From an uncultured Trueperaceae bacterium (lineage in GTDB: Bacteria > Deinococcota > Deinococci > Deinococcales > Trueperaceae): a DNA stretch of 64,000 nucleotides. Below are positions 63,250 to 64,000 of this stretch, piece after piece (the first letter of the stretch is position 1; the number at the start of each line of letters is the position of its first letter). Where the stretch lies: positions 168,124 to 232,123 of the forward strand of contig CAVSGP010000006.1 of the NCBI GenBank assembly GCA_963727505.1, read 5' to 3'. The notes under the pieces were generated by a model. It searched no databases and was not told the origin of the DNA. It was given only the letters and a program-made list of their open reading frames with translations. The position numbers and the translations under genes were made by a program.

Positions 63250-64000
63250 ATGAAGCCGAGAATGTGGCTCTGGTAGTACCTACCCTGAACGCTGGTGAAC
63301 TCTGGTTGCAATGGATGAAGTCATTCTGGAGACAGTCAGTCATTCCCCGTCATCCGTTCGTCATCGACTCGGGTTCTAGCGATGGAACACGTGAGATCGC
63401 CGAGGAGCACGGTTTTGAGGTCGTAGGGATTGAGAACTCCGACTTCCACCATGCCCTCACGAGGCAGATGGGGATCGACAGGTACCCTCAAGTGGAGTTC
63501 GTCGTGTTCTTGACGCAAGATGCGATTCTGGCGGCTCCTGACAGCCTTGAGAATCTGCTTCGCTCGTTTGACAATCCACTCGTTGCGATTGCATTTGGTA
63601 GGCAACTTCCACGGCCTGGCGCCACGGCTATCGAGGCGCATGCGCGGCTGCTGCAATTACCCTAGCAAGAGCAGAGTTGTGTCTTTGTCAGACGCGTCCA
63701 AGCTAGGGATTCGCTGCGCCTTCAACTCCGACTCCTTCGCTGCTTACCGGACTACTGCACTTCTGGGCGTTGGCGGCTTCCAGGCATCGGCGGACATTGG
63801 CGAGGATACTGTTGCTGCGGCGATGCTGCTACTGGCTGGCTGGAGGGTGGCATACGCTTCTGACGCGAAGGTGTTTCACTCTCACAGGGTGTCTATCTTG
63901 CAGGAAGCGGCCCGATATGTCGCCATTGGTCGCATGCACGAAGTGCATGAGGAGGTGTTCTCCCGATTGGGCGCGCGGAAGGCGCTGGGTGGGAGTATGT
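63250..64000 (+). CDS. Family 2 glycosyltransferase (rhamnosyltransferase-like); frameshifted near 63655 and cut by the window end
   Basis: VVPTLNAG, IDSGSSDG, FLTQDA and GRQLP, then NYPSKSRVV...FNSDSFAAYR...GGF...GED in another frame. Confidence 0.8.

Overview
High-GC bacterial DNA, most likely Deinococcota (Trueperaceae-like; inferred from leaderless genes with a TANNNT -10 box 6-7 nt before the start codon and from gene content). Layout: (1) an NHL-repeat lipoprotein. (2) A ~28 kb catabolic island (1825-29701) with a FadR/GntR regulator, ThDP-dependent E1 alpha/beta, an E2 lacking its catalytic His, two atypical M24-fold enzymes, a DHPON-hydrolase-like alpha/beta hydrolase, an ACMSD-like amidohydrolase, a phytoene-desaturase-like flavoprotein, Gfo/Idh/MocA, CMD/AhpD, two aldehyde dehydrogenases and two paralogous Liv-type ABC importers. 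It is driven by two copies of the same ~310 bp divergent promoter/operator cassette. (3) A CCG Fe-S oxidoreductase, a PAS-GAF-HD-GYP protein, SCO, Crp/Fnr and pyrR-pyrB-pyrC with a PyrR RNA element. (4) Two paralogous secreted proteins and an OmpR-family regulator. (5) An APC permease, trxA, Rrf2 and rhodanese. (6) A sugar ABC transporter, iolC, a Zn-dehydrogenase, cytochrome c, a sensor kinase and two dehydrogenases. (7) A glycan locus: manC, uppS, an O-antigen-ligase-like/WbaP fusion, GT4 and GT2, in lower-GC DNA with many frameshifts. Several frameshifts look like sequencing indels. No rRNA, tRNA, CRISPR array or transposase was recognised.
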